From positions 29,584 to 93,583 of the IMG/VR virus record IMGVR_UViG_3300032303_003166: DNA of 64,000 nt, one strand, 5' to 3'. Position 1 is the first letter of the stretch; each line of letters starts with the position of its first letter. This document shows, one piece after another, positions 9,647 to 20,233 of the stretch. The DNA comes from a virus (Duplodnaviria > Caudoviricetes). The notes below the pieces were generated by a model. The model did not search any database, was not told where the DNA came from, and was given only the letters and a program-made list of their open reading frames with translations. The translations under genes and the position numbers were made by a program.

Positions 9647-9732
9647 CTAAGTTGTTGTCTGGTATATACTTATTTTTGATCAAACTGACGAAACCGCGCA
9701 GGATGATGAAATCAAGCTAACGCCGTATGGTA

Positions 9733-10689
9733 CTACAGCCCTAGGCTTTCTGTGAGGTCTGAGAGCTCTTGGTACATAATTGTAGCAACTTTCTTTTCAC
9801 TAAGACCACTAAAACCACTATGTGACTCATAAATGTCTTTAAGAACTGAAGTTAATTCACTCTTGTCTACAACCTCAAGCAACTCACCATTGCAATTGTC
9901 ATTTACCATTTCAATAACTGAATTCCAGGTTTTAACCACTGTTTCTTTAGCAATGTGTCTGGCCTTTGAAGAGGTAACTTTTACTGGATCACCATGATAA
10001 TTCTTAGGATCTAGTCCATCAACTCCAGAGTCTGCAGGATTTCCTTTTCTGCCATAAGTTTCTGCTTTTTGATGAGCTTCTTTTTCGCCTACTCCATGAT
10101 CATATTCAAGATCTATGCCAGGATATTTATCTTCATAGTCTTCAGATGTCATTGGATCATCATAATCTTGTTCATCAGAGACATGATCAGGCATTAGGCC
10201 TGGTTCATCATATGCAGTGTTTGGATCATCATATAGTCCTTCTTGAAGAGCACGTTTAGCCTGCTCAAAAATACTAAGACTGTTTTTTTGTGAAGAAGCT
10301 TTATCCCTATTAAGTTGAGTTCCAGCTACAAGAAGATCTGCTTTTGTTTCTGAGGGTAGATTTTTCATATCACTCATACTTAAATCTGCTTCGTCTGCTG
10401 CCACTTTCATAGGATCTTTTTCCATTTCAAAAAGAGCATCTCTTACGGCTTCTCTAATCAAAGCTTTTAATTCACTTTTGGAAATAGAAATAGAATCATT
10501 GTTTCTTGATTCTAAAATTTTATTGGATGAAACAGGAGCCATGATCTCATCAATTGATGGAGAAGTGTCTTTTTTCATAAGCTTTAGAATTGAAGAGGTA
10601 TCTACTCCACCAGGATCTCTACCAAAGGTAGATTCTAGAAGACCAAATCCACCACCTTGAACATCATTCATTACTTCTGCTATTCCCAT
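9733..10689 (-). CDS. acidic putative head/internal protein
   Basis: 318 aa, acidic, many LLE/IRE/LQE sites. Confidence 0.45.
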   Translation of the reverse strand: MGIAEVMNDVQGGGFGLLESTFGRDPGGVDTSSILKLMKKDTSPSIDEIMAPVSSNKILESRNNDSISISKSELKALIREAVRDALFEMEKDPMKVAADEADLSMSDMKNLPSETKADLLVAGTQLNRDKASSQKNSLSIFEQAKRALQEGLYDDPNTAYDEPGLMPDHVSDEQDYDDPMTSEDYEDKYPGIDLEYDHGVGEKEAHQKAETYGRKGNPADSGVDGLDPKNYHGDPVKVTSSKARHIAKETVVKTWNSVIEMVNDNCNGELLEVVDKSELTSVLKDIYESHSGFSGLSEKKVATIMYQELSDLTESLGL

Positions 10690-10694
10690 GCTAT

Positions 10695-11060
10695 TTAACC
10701 TTTAAAATATTGCTTGCCATTCTCTGCGCGCACATATCCCTGTTGTAGTTGTTCTTGTGGAGCGCTCTGTTCTAGAGGAGCAGGAGCTTCACCTAAGGAG
10801 TTATTATTAACTGTTGCTTCGGCATTTTCTCCAACTTTACCAAGATTATATATGGTATCAGAAAGAGTCATGATTGCTTGTTCAATTTCATTGATATATT
10901 CAATTGCAGGATTGGTCTCTAAAGGAATTCTTCTTTGCATTTCACCATCAAAATTTGAGCTATCAGCAATAACTTGAGCCAGACTTGCTTTTGCTTCACC
11001 GAGCTTCTTTCGTGCATCTTCAACAAGTTTTAATAGTGATGTATAATTTTTTCCAGCCAC
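10695..11060 (-). CDS. hypothetical coiled-coil protein
   Basis: AAGGA RBS, GTG start, late motif AACTAATT upstream. Confidence 0.6.
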   Translation of the reverse strand: MAGKNYTSLLKLVEDARKKLGEAKASLAQVIADSSNFDGEMQRRIPLETNPAIEYINEIEQAIMTLSDTIYNLGKVGENAEATVNNNSLGEAPAPLEQSAPQEQLQQGYVRAENGKQYFKG

Positions 11061-11101
11061 TTTATTATCCTTTTTTTAATTAGTTCTTTTTGTCACAATA
11101 T

Positions 11102-13561
11102 CTAGTGTCTTACAGCTATGACTATGTGAGCGTATCTTTCATCAAGCCAGGTGATTCCAGACGATCCATAAATAGAAGTTAATATATTTCTTGTAGTTAT
11201 GTCACAAGAACAGCTATCATGCGATACAAGAATGAGTATATCTCCTGCTTCTACACTTTCTAGAGTTGAGTTAAGTGAGGCTATTCCAGGAGGATTTTGG
11301 TAAGTGTTAAAACTAACAGTGGCCTTGGTTGATCCATTTGTATGGTCTATTATGGCAAGAGTATGACCTACTATCATAGGATGACCAATTCCAATAGACG
11401 AATCAGATGCTATTGTAGTTCCATTCACATTGATGTAGCTACCAACAGGTGGATCACCATTTGTAATAGATACAGCCTCAATAACTTGGTCAAATAATGT
11501 TCTAGTTGCAGTTCGTGGTCCAAACATTAGATAATCTTCATATGTAGGATATAGGTCAAACGGATTAAAAGGATCGGTGGTGGTGCCATTCCATAGAGTC
11601 AAGTCAAACTCATTTGGTGAACTGTCTTTAAGACCTTGAAGAGCATTTTCACCTGGAACAGTATATAACATAAGTTGAGTTCCATCAATAACTGGGAGTG
11701 GTTTACTTATTGCACCGTTTTCTCCATAAGCATATTCACTTATTCCGTCTATAATTCTTACGTTGGAAACATACCCATAAAACCTAGCCATGTCAGCATA
11801 TTGACCAAAAACGATATAACTAGATATTCCATCTCTATCTGTAAGTAGTGGAGAATTTTGTAATGGATCATACGCAGATGTTCCTTCAACCACTCCATTA
11901 ACATAAAGATTGAGAACTCCATCATTTGCTGTTACTGCAATGTGGTACCATTTATTGATGTCTAATATTGTGGTACCACATATGTACTTTAATCCTGAAT
12001 TGTACCAATAAAAAGATAGACGTCTATCCGCCAGTGGGCCAAAGGACCAGGTAAGTCCAGAATATGGTGGAAGTGCACCATAAGAAATTGCTGAAGGAAC
12101 GTCAATATCATTTGTTACTGGGTTACTTGTCATACAAATCCAAGCTTCAACGGTAAATGTGTTTTGAGTGTTAGAAAATAACACCTGACTTCCAGTATTA
12201 ACGGAAGCAAAGTCTGATCCAGTTCCTCCCATTTGTAGTCTAAGACTTCCATATGGATATGGAACAGGATGAGAATCTTCCCAAACAACATCGTGATTGA
12301 TAACTGTTTTATGAGAGGGAGATGCATCATGATATGGATAAGTTTGAAGAGCTTGTAAAACAAGTATAGGTTGAGTGAAAATTGATTCGGATATAAGTCG
12401 GGTACGGGCCCATGGATTAAACTCATATAGATATCTAGCAGATTTGCATATTTTGATTCCGGTCAAAAGACCATCATAAAGACCAATAGAACTAGCTGGA
12501 TCAGCAAGATTAACCTGCTCTACACCAATATACAAGGGTCCGGTAGAATTAGAAGGCGTCCATGATGTTGACCCCCAGGTCCCAGCAATGGAGCCATTGT
12601 AAAAAATAGTTAAGTTTCCATTATATTTGACTATTGCTACGTGTATCCATTTTTGAGCAGGAGGAGCAGTTATAGTAATGGTGCCACCTATTATTAGAAG
12701 TCCAGACAAAGAAGAATAGGTTACGCTAATATCATCAATTGGATTTGCAGTCACTTGACTCAGTATACCATGAGTTGTTTCAAAGCCAGGGTTTATCCAC
12801 ATCCAAAATTCAATTGTAAAATCTCCAGGAAGTGAAAAGTCATTGCTTGCGGGAATTGATAAGTAATCACCAATAGTAGGTTCACCTGTTACAAAGCGGT
12901 AACTGCCCCACACAGGGCTTGTGTCCTCAATTCGCACTCTTTTGGTTCTTACTACCTCTCCAGATTTACTTACAGTATGTAACTCTATTTCAAAAGATTG
13001 TGGTCCCTCAGTTAGTATGTCGTCTTTTACCAGGATGTCAAAAGTGCCTGTATTAGAATTGATCTTGAAAGAGCCAGATGTCTTTCCAAAGTCTCGTTCT
13101 TGTGTTGTAAGATGATTTAGTGTCCAGTAAAGAGTTGTGTCATCTGGAACATTGCGAGTATGAACCGTGTAGGTGGTTGTGGTGTCTTCATTTATGATTG
13201 AATGACCAGCAATTCTATAGGGAGATGGCGGAGTAGATGATTGAATGAGAGGCTGATGATTTCCGGAAAAATAGATAAAGTTACGTCTTTCAGTTACAGT
13301 AAGAATCTGATCTTGCATAAGATTATCCACAAATTCTTTTGCAGTCTCTTCTTTATTGAAGGCAGCAACAAAATCCTTAGGTCCAATGTCTGTTTGTTCA
13401 AGCAAATCATTTAAGGTATAATCATACTCTGAACGAGAATAAACTGCAATTTTACTTAAAAATTCTTTTAGCTTAGGAGGAGGAGACATAATTTGATCAA
13501 CTCTGTCTATGAGTTGATTGACCATTGCCTCTGTTTGTGTATTCTCTCGTAGATTCATCAT
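11102..13561 (-). CDS. multidomain lectin-like protein: Calx-beta-like + 2x LamG/concanavalin + C-terminal ILEI/PANDER-like domain
   Basis: DDILTEGPQSFEIEL. Two LamG-type units (DFTIEFW..WIHVAIV..; TFTVEAW..WYHIAVT..LYVNG). C-terminal SFNTY..LESVEAGDILILVSHD. Confidence 0.7.
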   Translation of the reverse strand: MMNLRENTQTEAMVNQLIDRVDQIMSPPPKLKEFLSKIAVYSRSEYDYTLNDLLEQTDIGPKDFVAAFNKEETAKEFVDNLMQDQILTVTERRNFIYFSGNHQPLIQSSTPPSPYRIAGHSIINEDTTTTYTVHTRNVPDDTTLYWTLNHLTTQERDFGKTSGSFKINSNTGTFDILVKDDILTEGPQSFEIELHTVSKSGEVVRTKRVRIEDTSPVWGSYRFVTGEPTIGDYLSIPASNDFSLPGDFTIEFWMWINPGFETTHGILSQVTANPIDDISVTYSSLSGLLIIGGTITITAPPAQKWIHVAIVKYNGNLTIFYNGSIAGTWGSTSWTPSNSTGPLYIGVEQVNLADPASSIGLYDGLLTGIKICKSARYLYEFNPWARTRLISESIFTQPILVLQALQTYPYHDASPSHKTVINHDVVWEDSHPVPYPYGSLRLQMGGTGSDFASVNTGSQVLFSNTQNTFTVEAWICMTSNPVTNDIDVPSAISYGALPPYSGLTWSFGPLADRRLSFYWYNSGLKYICGTTILDINKWYHIAVTANDGVLNLYVNGVVEGTSAYDPLQNSPLLTDRDGISSYIVFGQYADMARFYGYVSNVRIIDGISEYAYGENGAISKPLPVIDGTQLMLYTVPGENALQGLKDSSPNEFDLTLWNGTTTDPFNPFDLYPTYEDYLMFGPRTATRTLFDQVIEAVSITNGDPPVGSYINVNGTTIASDSSIGIGHPMIVGHTLAIIDHTNGSTKATVSFNTYQNPPGIASLNSTLESVEAGDILILVSHDSCSCDITTRNILTSIYGSSGITWLDERYAHIVIAVRH

Positions 13562-13575
13562 AGCTTAATTAGTCA

Positions 13576-13956
13576 TTATTCTGATTCTAATGAAGAAAAT
13601 ATAGTACTATCAATTTTTTCTTGAATTAGTTCATCAATAACTGTGGATATATCAGACGGCAAGTCATCAATAATACGTGATAACGTGGATTTTAGATTTT
13701 GTGATAGTGAGATAAATGTATTAAAGTTGGTTTTGACCGATCCGTCAGACTGCTCTTCATCATCAGAATACTTAATGTATAGATCTCCTATAAGAGGAAG
13801 TCTTATGGTCATTGCTTTTTCAGGATCTCTTGAAAATTTCTCAACAATATTAATAAAAGTAAATTCATAAACCTCTTGTATAACGCTCTTATTTATTCCA
13901 GTAAGCGCGGAAACTTCTTCAATAGAATGCTTGTCCTCTAGTGTAAAATCAATCAT
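13576..13956 (-). CDS. HU/IHF-like DNA-binding protein
   Basis: IEEVSALTGINKSVIQEV...TIRLPLIGDL matches the HU helix-turn-helix plus beta-arm pattern. Confidence 0.5.
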   Translation of the reverse strand: MIDFTLEDKHSIEEVSALTGINKSVIQEVYEFTFINIVEKFSRDPEKAMTIRLPLIGDLYIKYSDDEEQSDGSVKTNFNTFISLSQNLKSTLSRIIDDLPSDISTVIDELIQEKIDSTIFSSLESE

Positions 13957-15316
13957 TTTTTTCTCCTAATTCTTCAGTCATATAAGAAATTATATATTCT
14001 TTTGTGTAGTTAGCTTTATAATATAACACGTTATCGGATTCCATTTTTTGAATTAAAGGTAAATCAGATCCGCCTTTAATGCTTAAAAGCCAAGAAATAA
14101 AAGCTGTTGCATAGGTTTCTGAAACTCCAGAGGCGCTTTGAGCCTGGTCCTTTGAAGCCAAGTTGTTGTCTTTTCCTAGTAAGAATAGTGAAGAAATAAA
14201 CTTTTCAAGAGACTTTACTTGAGAGGTTGTCATTATTCCGGCGCGATATCTTTTTTTCTCTACCTTGGGCCTGGCTTTCATTGTGCTAGTTGGATGATTT
14301 TCCACAACAATTTCAGGTTCTTTTTCTTCTGAAATTGGTTCAGACTCCAAAATTGGTTCAGTTTCTTCTATTTGAAGAGGCTCTTCTAAAACTTCACTTA
14401 TCTTTTCTTTTTTAGGCGTACTTTTGGCTACTCTTTTTTTAGGCGCTGCTAGCACTTCTTCTTCATCTCCATACAGTTTTCTACGTATCTTACTAATTTT
14501 TTCAGGAGTAAAATCTTCTCCTAAGAAATGAATAAGATGCTCTCTATCAATTTTAATTGATGGAGATGTTATAATAATGCCTAATTCTATTAGAACAGAG
14601 ATTAGCGTAAGCAAGAATAGTCTTAGAGTGTTCTCTGTTATAAATGAGAAAATAGTGTTCTTAAGAGTATTTGCCATTAACTGAAAGACGTTAGAAGTGC
14701 TCTTGGTGGTTTCTTTTTCTTTTATTTGTTGTAGTTTTAGCGTGCCAACTTCATCATTGTACTTGGAAATTGCATCTTGTTTTTCTGTTATTTTTGTTTC
14801 ATAGGACACAATTTGATCAGAAAGTTTATTGAAAGAGGAGGTGTAGCCTTGAGGCAAACTTTTTTGTTGTGTTTGAAGAGTGGCAATTCTTTCTTTGTAA
14901 GAGAGCACATCTGCTTCATAGGTTGAAATGCTTTCTATTTTTTGTTGAAGTACAATGGCTGTGGGAGAGCTCTGGGCTTGTTCATAAGACCGGTCTAGTA
15001 CGTTAAGAGTAAATGCAAAACTGGCAATGATGCTTACAAGTATGGATCCAATATAGATTCCATAATTAAGCCAGGCTTCATATTTTAGCTCCAGATGCAA
15101 TAGTGTGTTTGCCTTTATAAGCAAATAGACTTTTAGTAACTCAAGAGTTACAGCAAATGTAAGCATGACAAGCTGGTCAAACGGATCAGATGCTGTGTGT
15201 AAGAACAAATTTACACTAATAAAAGAACTAAGAGCCACAAAAAGAATGAATGCAATGTATTTGACCGCAACGAAAACTTTTGAAGATGAAATTTCTTTTT
15301 TGTCTTTTTTCGCCAA
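13949..15316 (-). CDS. membrane protein, 3 TM + coiled coil + TM (DUF4407-like topology)
   Basis: Hydrophobicity pattern; GAGG RBS with TTG start. Confidence 0.55.
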   Translation of the reverse strand: MAKKDKKEISSSKVFVAVKYIAFILFVALSSFISVNLFLHTASDPFDQLVMLTFAVTLELLKVYLLIKANTLLHLELKYEAWLNYGIYIGSILVSIIASFAFTLNVLDRSYEQAQSSPTAIVLQQKIESISTYEADVLSYKERIATLQTQQKSLPQGYTSSFNKLSDQIVSYETKITEKQDAISKYNDEVGTLKLQQIKEKETTKSTSNVFQLMANTLKNTIFSFITENTLRLFLLTLISVLIELGIIITSPSIKIDREHLIHFLGEDFTPEKISKIRRKLYGDEEEVLAAPKKRVAKSTPKKEKISEVLEEPLQIEETEPILESEPISEEKEPEIVVENHPTSTMKARPKVEKKRYRAGIMTTSQVKSLEKFISSLFLLGKDNNLASKDQAQSASGVSETYATAFISWLLSIKGGSDLPLIQKMESDNVLYYKANYTKEYIISYMTEELGEKND

Positions 15317-15369
15317 TGTACACCTCTAAAATAATATAACCCATTTAATTAGTCCTATACTAAATAGAT

Positions 15370-15789
15370 ATGGACACAAAAACATCAAATTTTGAACGTG
15401 GAACATTCTCTTGGTGGGAAAAACTTCTAGGACCCAATGGAGTTGGAAACCAAATAATTTCGTTTGTTAATAAGAATCTTATTCCCACAATTGATACCAT
15501 AATGACCCGCGCTTTTGGTAAAAACTATAGTTATGAAAAAGTTGGAGCAGATCTAACTCCTATTATTCAAGGAAAAATTCTTTCAGGCTTTGAATTTAAA
15601 ACCGTATTTTATGTAGAAATAATTGAAAACTTTGATGGTAACACTCAAGATGTAGATGATGATACAGAATTTTTCTATGACTCTCTTAGAAAATTAAGAG
15701 GAATTCAGGTAAATGAAGATTCAGTAAAAATTGACACTCAAAGTGGTAGAATTACACTTACCATGAAAATTCCTTTACAGGCAGTATAA
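15370..15789 (+). CDS. hypothetical late protein
   Basis: ORF begins 4 nt after ACTAAAT. Confidence 0.6.
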   Translation: MDTKTSNFERGTFSWWEKLLGPNGVGNQIISFVNKNLIPTIDTIMTRAFGKNYSYEKVGADLTPIIQGKILSGFEFKTVFYVEIIENFDGNTQDVDDDTEFFYDSLRKLRGIQVNEDSVKIDTQSGRITLTMKIPLQAV

Positions 15790-15792
15790 CAC

Positions 15793-16917
15793 ATGGCAGA
15801 TATTTTCAATACCTTAAAAGGTTATACTGACATTCAAAAAAGAGACACCTGGTCTCTCACCGGTCAAAACTATATTACCTCAACAAGCACCGTATACACC
15901 AAAGGAACTCTTTATAAGATTAACTTTCCCACTTCAGTTATTCATGGCGGGCTTGTTCTTGCTCTTGATACTTTTTCCAGTTCAACTCTTTTAACCTGGC
16001 AAACCATTGAGATTATAGATTCAACAGCCGGATATATTTCTTTTTCACAACATGTTATCAATCCCTATTTTTCATTAATACTTACTCCTGCAAAAGTAAC
16101 CGCCATAAGCGCAATTCCAGTCAACACTAGCTTTATTCCTTATGAAATACCTGCCTATTCAGTGGTGGTGCCAGATGATGAGCTTGATAGAATTCTTCTT
16201 GAAGTAGGAGTTCCATTTGTAGAACTCGAAGAGTTGGAATTCACAAAAGAACAGATTTTATCTTTAATGATAAAGCCGGCGCTTGACCTATATTTTAAAT
16301 GGTTTCCTAAAATTAAATCTCAGGTTTATCCTATGTCATCAATTTCTTTTGATGTTCCTGTGCCAGTAGGAGCATATGACGCTCATAGAGTTTTTGTAAT
16401 TCAAGGAAATCCTGCTACTGTTCCCACCAACGGCCCTGCTAACCCGCTATTGAGATATTTTGATGAAGGTATTTTCTCAATGATGAATGGACTGACCAAA
16501 AGGTCCAAGTCTCAGATTGGTAGAACCATGGGAAATAACTATGCAACCATGTCAGCAAATAGAGCTGTACTTCAAGGCATGACCAACTATATGCAACGCA
16601 TATACTTTAAGACAGAAAAAGACGATCTTGGAGTCAAGCACGTTACTGGTTATAGTTTAAAGATGGGTTATTTACAGATTGAATGGGCTTACTCTTCTAA
16701 CAATTGGTCAGATGTAGAATTTAGACTCATACAGGATGTACGTGAGCTTGCTGCAGCTAAAGTGTTACGAGCAGTTGGTCAATTAAGAGGCCAGGTTAAA
16801 AGTGATATTCCTGGAACAGTAGATTATGACGCTTTTGTAAGCAGAGCTAGTGATCTGGAAGATAAAATTATTGGCAAGTGGGAAGAGTGGACAAAAGTTG
16901 CAATTGTTCGTTCTTAA
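15793..16917 (+). CDS. neck/head-completion protein (T4 gp13-like)
   Basis: ILLEVGVPFVELEELEFTKEQI..MIKPALDLY resembles the gp13 N-terminal motif. Confidence 0.6.
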   Translation: MADIFNTLKGYTDIQKRDTWSLTGQNYITSTSTVYTKGTLYKINFPTSVIHGGLVLALDTFSSSTLLTWQTIEIIDSTAGYISFSQHVINPYFSLILTPAKVTAISAIPVNTSFIPYEIPAYSVVVPDDELDRILLEVGVPFVELEELEFTKEQILSLMIKPALDLYFKWFPKIKSQVYPMSSISFDVPVPVGAYDAHRVFVIQGNPATVPTNGPANPLLRYFDEGIFSMMNGLTKRSKSQIGRTMGNNYATMSANRAVLQGMTNYMQRIYFKTEKDDLGVKHVTGYSLKMGYLQIEWAYSSNNWSDVEFRLIQDVRELAAAKVLRAVGQLRGQVKSDIPGTVDYDAFVSRASDLEDKIIGKWEEWTKVAIVRS

Positions 16918-16932
16918 TGATGGTATTAAAAC

Positions 16933-16959
16933 AAAAAAGAGCCTAAAGGCTCTTTTTTT
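16933..16959. terminator. bidirectional intrinsic terminator
   Basis: AAAAAAGAGCC-TAAA-GGCTCTTTTTT. Confidence 0.85.
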
Positions 16960-16973
16960 ATTATAAAATGTTA

Positions 16974-19028
16974 TTAAGCTATTTGTGACTGATAAGCTAC
17001 TTGAGAAACACCATCAATTGACTCTGCTGCTGCTTGAAGATCTGAAAAAGACTTAATTGTTCTCCATTTTGGATCAGTTCCAATTCTATAAGACACTGGA
17101 GCAGCACTAAGAGATCTATTAATTGATTGTGCTCTGTCATTCTGTGTTCCTAAGAATCCAGACTTGGCTTTTCCACTTATATTCTGGCCAGTTTGAGCTA
17201 TGTTATATAGATACATACCAAGAATTTTTTTAGAAAGATCTGCTGGAAGAGGCTGAACTTGTTGTTGGCCAGTTGCTTTTTGTTGTGGTTGATTTCCTTT
17301 TTTACCCCACCAACCAAAATTTTTTCCAGCGTTGTATATTTTCCAAACGCTACCAGCCATTGCTAATGTTACTCCAATTGGTACTAAGAATGGAGAGGCT
17401 GCTACTCCTAATGCCACCAATGATCCTCCAACAATCTTAGCTGCTGCAGACCCTATGTCTATTGCATTAGAGATTAAATCATCTCCTCCTACAGCGTTTA
17501 CAACATCACCTACACCTCCACCTCCACCCGTAAAATCATAATTACCAGTATAACCTTGTAATCCAGAATTAGGCCCATGAATGAAATGATCTACAGGTTC
17601 TCCTGTTCCACCTGTGGCAGTACCAGCTGCAGTGTCTTCTGGTTGATGAGATGTGTCGGCTATCATTGCTTGTTCATCTGTATAATCCTTTGTTATATCA
17701 TTGCCATTAATATCGTAAACGCCTATTACGTTTCCATTAGGATCTTTCATAATGCTAGTTGAACCAACACGCTCTATAGAGCTTCCATCTGGCTGAGGCT
17801 CAGGTGCGGCAGCTGGAGTAGGTGCAGCTGCAGGTGTGGCTGTACCAGTAGAATCCTCTTTATATAATTGATCTGGGGCCATAACTTCTATTAATTGATT
17901 TTCAAGAAACACAGTAGAAAGAGCTCTATTTAGAATGGACATTCCTTGAACTTCTGTTAACGATGATTTAGTTTTAATAGTGCTATTACCAAATCGTCTG
18001 GCTTTATTTTTATTTAGAGCGCGAGTTACATTTTTCTTATGTAAATCATTGTTAGATGAGGAAAGTTGTTCAATTGGAGCTTTATTAGCTGGCTCTTTGT
18101 TGGTTATTTTATTAACCGCGCTTATTAACGCATCAATAGCTTTTACGTTTGCTCTTGATAGCGATACTTCTATCTCAGGATTTTGAATGTTAAGCTGAGA
18201 CAAGAGTTGATGAGCTTTGGCTTTTACTCTTTGTTTTACTTCAGAAGGACGATTATCCACATTTGCTGATGTAGGTGTTTGTTGTGGCTGTGCTGCATAT
18301 GCTGCAGATTGAGTTTGTGCAGCTGTGGCAGTTGAGGTTGAAACAGAGGGCTCTCCAATTGGTTTTGTTGGCTGTTGTTTCTCTACTTCATTATTTGCTT
18401 TAGCTATTTGAGGGTTTTGTTTAACATATTGTTGAATTTCATTTTGAAGCTGTTTAGGATTAATTTTAGAATAAGGAGTAAGTTTATCTAGCACAAGCTT
18501 AATTTGATTATCATCAACTTTTTTGTCGTTACCAAATCCAAGAATTCCTTCATTTAAATTATTTAATTCTTTTTCATATAGTTCAAGTGCTTCTTTTTCA
18601 GTAATAAATCCATGCTTTAATGAAAGTTCAATATATTCTACATATTTATAATCTGGTTTTACTTGGTTTTCTTTTATTATAATTTTTTTTTCAAACAATT
18701 CATGCTTATCATTTAGATAGTTATGTTTACCAACTTTTATTTTATTAGAAAATGGATCAATGTTATAAGTCCAACCATTAAGCACAATATGCTTATCATA
18801 GTCTGGTTCACCATTAGCTTTAGGAAATAATTCTGCGTTATCTATTTGATGATCATGTTCTGCAACAGTAAAATAGTTTATGAAAGCTTCCCAAGCACCA
18901 GGATCTTTTTTATGAATAACAAAGTCTGTGTCTGAATAATAATCAATCCTAAACATGTTTTCATTAGCCCATTCATGCTGCTTAATAAAATCATCTAGAG
19001 CTGGAACTCCAGTACGGTGTTTATCCAT
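16974..19028 (-). CDS. large low-complexity putative internal virion protein with one hydrophobic segment
   Basis: GGAG RBS, late motif upstream, many LNE/LTE/IKE sites. Confidence 0.5.
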   Translation of the reverse strand: MDKHRTGVPALDDFIKQHEWANENMFRIDYYSDTDFVIHKKDPGAWEAFINYFTVAEHDHQIDNAELFPKANGEPDYDKHIVLNGWTYNIDPFSNKIKVGKHNYLNDKHELFEKKIIIKENQVKPDYKYVEYIELSLKHGFITEKEALELYEKELNNLNEGILGFGNDKKVDDNQIKLVLDKLTPYSKINPKQLQNEIQQYVKQNPQIAKANNEVEKQQPTKPIGEPSVSTSTATAAQTQSAAYAAQPQQTPTSANVDNRPSEVKQRVKAKAHQLLSQLNIQNPEIEVSLSRANVKAIDALISAVNKITNKEPANKAPIEQLSSSNNDLHKKNVTRALNKNKARRFGNSTIKTKSSLTEVQGMSILNRALSTVFLENQLIEVMAPDQLYKEDSTGTATPAAAPTPAAAPEPQPDGSSIERVGSTSIMKDPNGNVIGVYDINGNDITKDYTDEQAMIADTSHQPEDTAAGTATGGTGEPVDHFIHGPNSGLQGYTGNYDFTGGGGGVGDVVNAVGGDDLISNAIDIGSAAAKIVGGSLVALGVAASPFLVPIGVTLAMAGSVWKIYNAGKNFGWWGKKGNQPQQKATGQQQVQPLPADLSKKILGMYLYNIAQTGQNISGKAKSGFLGTQNDRAQSINRSLSAAPVSYRIGTDPKWRTIKSFSDLQAAAESIDGVSQVAYQSQIA

Positions 19029-19072
19029 CTTAAATTACTCCTAAAGTTAATTAGTAACCAAAGATAAATATA

Positions 19073-19384
19073 TTATTTTTTGTCATCATTCCATTTTAAA
19101 AATAAAGCATTACACATTATATGTGATAAGTGATTCATTCCGGATTCAGGATCAATTTTTTCACCGGACATGTATGAAACAGCATGTCTCATAAGAGCAT
19201 TTTCATAACGCTCTCTACTTACTTTTTTCCAATTATCAATCGCATATTTTTCAGCGCCATGCATAAGAACCTTAACAGTTTCTTCAAGCTGAGCCCAAGG
19301 AAGCAGTCTCCAATCCAGCTTGTCCTGATCAAACTTAATGCCCTCTAAGCTATCTAGGGCATGCTCTTCTCTATTTTGTGACAT
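19073..19384 (-). CDS. dATP/dGTP diphosphohydrolase-domain (DUF5664-like) protein
   Basis: GIKFDQDKLDWRLLP...HGAEKY..DNWKK...LMRH...DPESGMNHLSH; start moved to MSQN. Confidence 0.8.
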   Translation of the reverse strand: MSQNREEHALDSLEGIKFDQDKLDWRLLPWAQLEETVKVLMHGAEKYAIDNWKKVSRERYENALMRHAVSYMSGEKIDPESGMNHLSHIMCNALFLKWNDDKK

Positions 19385-20150
19385 ACATTTTTTCCTTAAG
19401 AACACGAATATCACGTTCAGTATAATTTTTAAAGTCATAAGCGCTAATGGCTTCAGAGATCATTTTAAGTTCATTTCCACTAAAAGTTTTTGCATCAAAG
19501 ACTCGATTCTTCCAAGCGGCTATGGTCACTGGAAAAAGAGGCTGAACCAGATCATACATATCTGCGGCTAGCCAGCGAATTTCCTGTTGAGCATGTTCAT
19601 CAAGACGCAGTTCTAGAAAATGAAGTAGATTATGTAGATCTACACCAGCCACAAATGTGGTCATTTGAGAAACAGGCAGCACTCCACGAGCCATTTCATT
19701 GGCAACATCAAGCGATTGAATAAACTCATATGAGTGAACAGATCTTTCAATGGCTTCACGATAGTGCTTTTCTACAAGATCATTTTTTTCTAGCTCAAGA
19801 TCACGTCCACTGCCTTGCTTTTTATTTGAAGCAACAGATCTAAACGCATTAGGAACATAATATTCATTTGTAGCATTTACGTAGCGTAAAGATACCTCAT
19901 TATATGACCAGGTGCGATGGCGCATAAATTGACGAGCAACAAAGATTGGAGCCTGAATCTTAAACTGAATAAATGACATCTCAAATGGAGTAGTGTGCGC
20001 ATTACGAATAAGATACTCAATAAGCTTGGCATCGTCATCTGTAAACTCTTTTGACTCATTATTGAATGAGGTTCGTGCTGCATTTACAAAGTTTAAATCT
20101 GAGCCGTAGTGTCCAATGAGCTCAACAGTGCATCTTGACTTCTCTATCAT
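19371..20150 (-). CDS. thyX: FAD-dependent thymidylate synthase
   Basis: HTTPFE, RQFMRHRTWSYNEVSLRY, AQQEIR. Confidence 0.95.
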   Translation of the reverse strand: MIEKSRCTVELIGHYGSDLNFVNAARTSFNNESKEFTDDDAKLIEYLIRNAHTTPFEMSFIQFKIQAPIFVARQFMRHRTWSYNEVSLRYVNATNEYYVPNAFRSVASNKKQGSGRDLELEKNDLVEKHYREAIERSVHSYEFIQSLDVANEMARGVLPVSQMTTFVAGVDLHNLLHFLELRLDEHAQQEIRWLAADMYDLVQPLFPVTIAAWKNRVFDAKTFSGNELKMISEAISAYDFKNYTERDIRVLKEKMYVTK

Positions 20151-20233
20151 GTGTGGTCTCCATGTAAGAAGATATAACCTGGATTCTAGACGTTTCTTAT
20201 ATTTTTACTAATTCTATTATAGGGGTTTAACAC

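Noticed and set aside
9675-9715. Hammerhead ribozyme (CTGACGA...GAAA with matching stem III)
   Set aside because: Only 3 nt lie between the putative cleavage site and CTGACGA, so there is no stem I, and stem II does not close properly.
19073-19384. 2-aminoadenine (Z) genome pathway
   Set aside because: No purZ is present in the window, and this domain occurs widely without Z-DNA.
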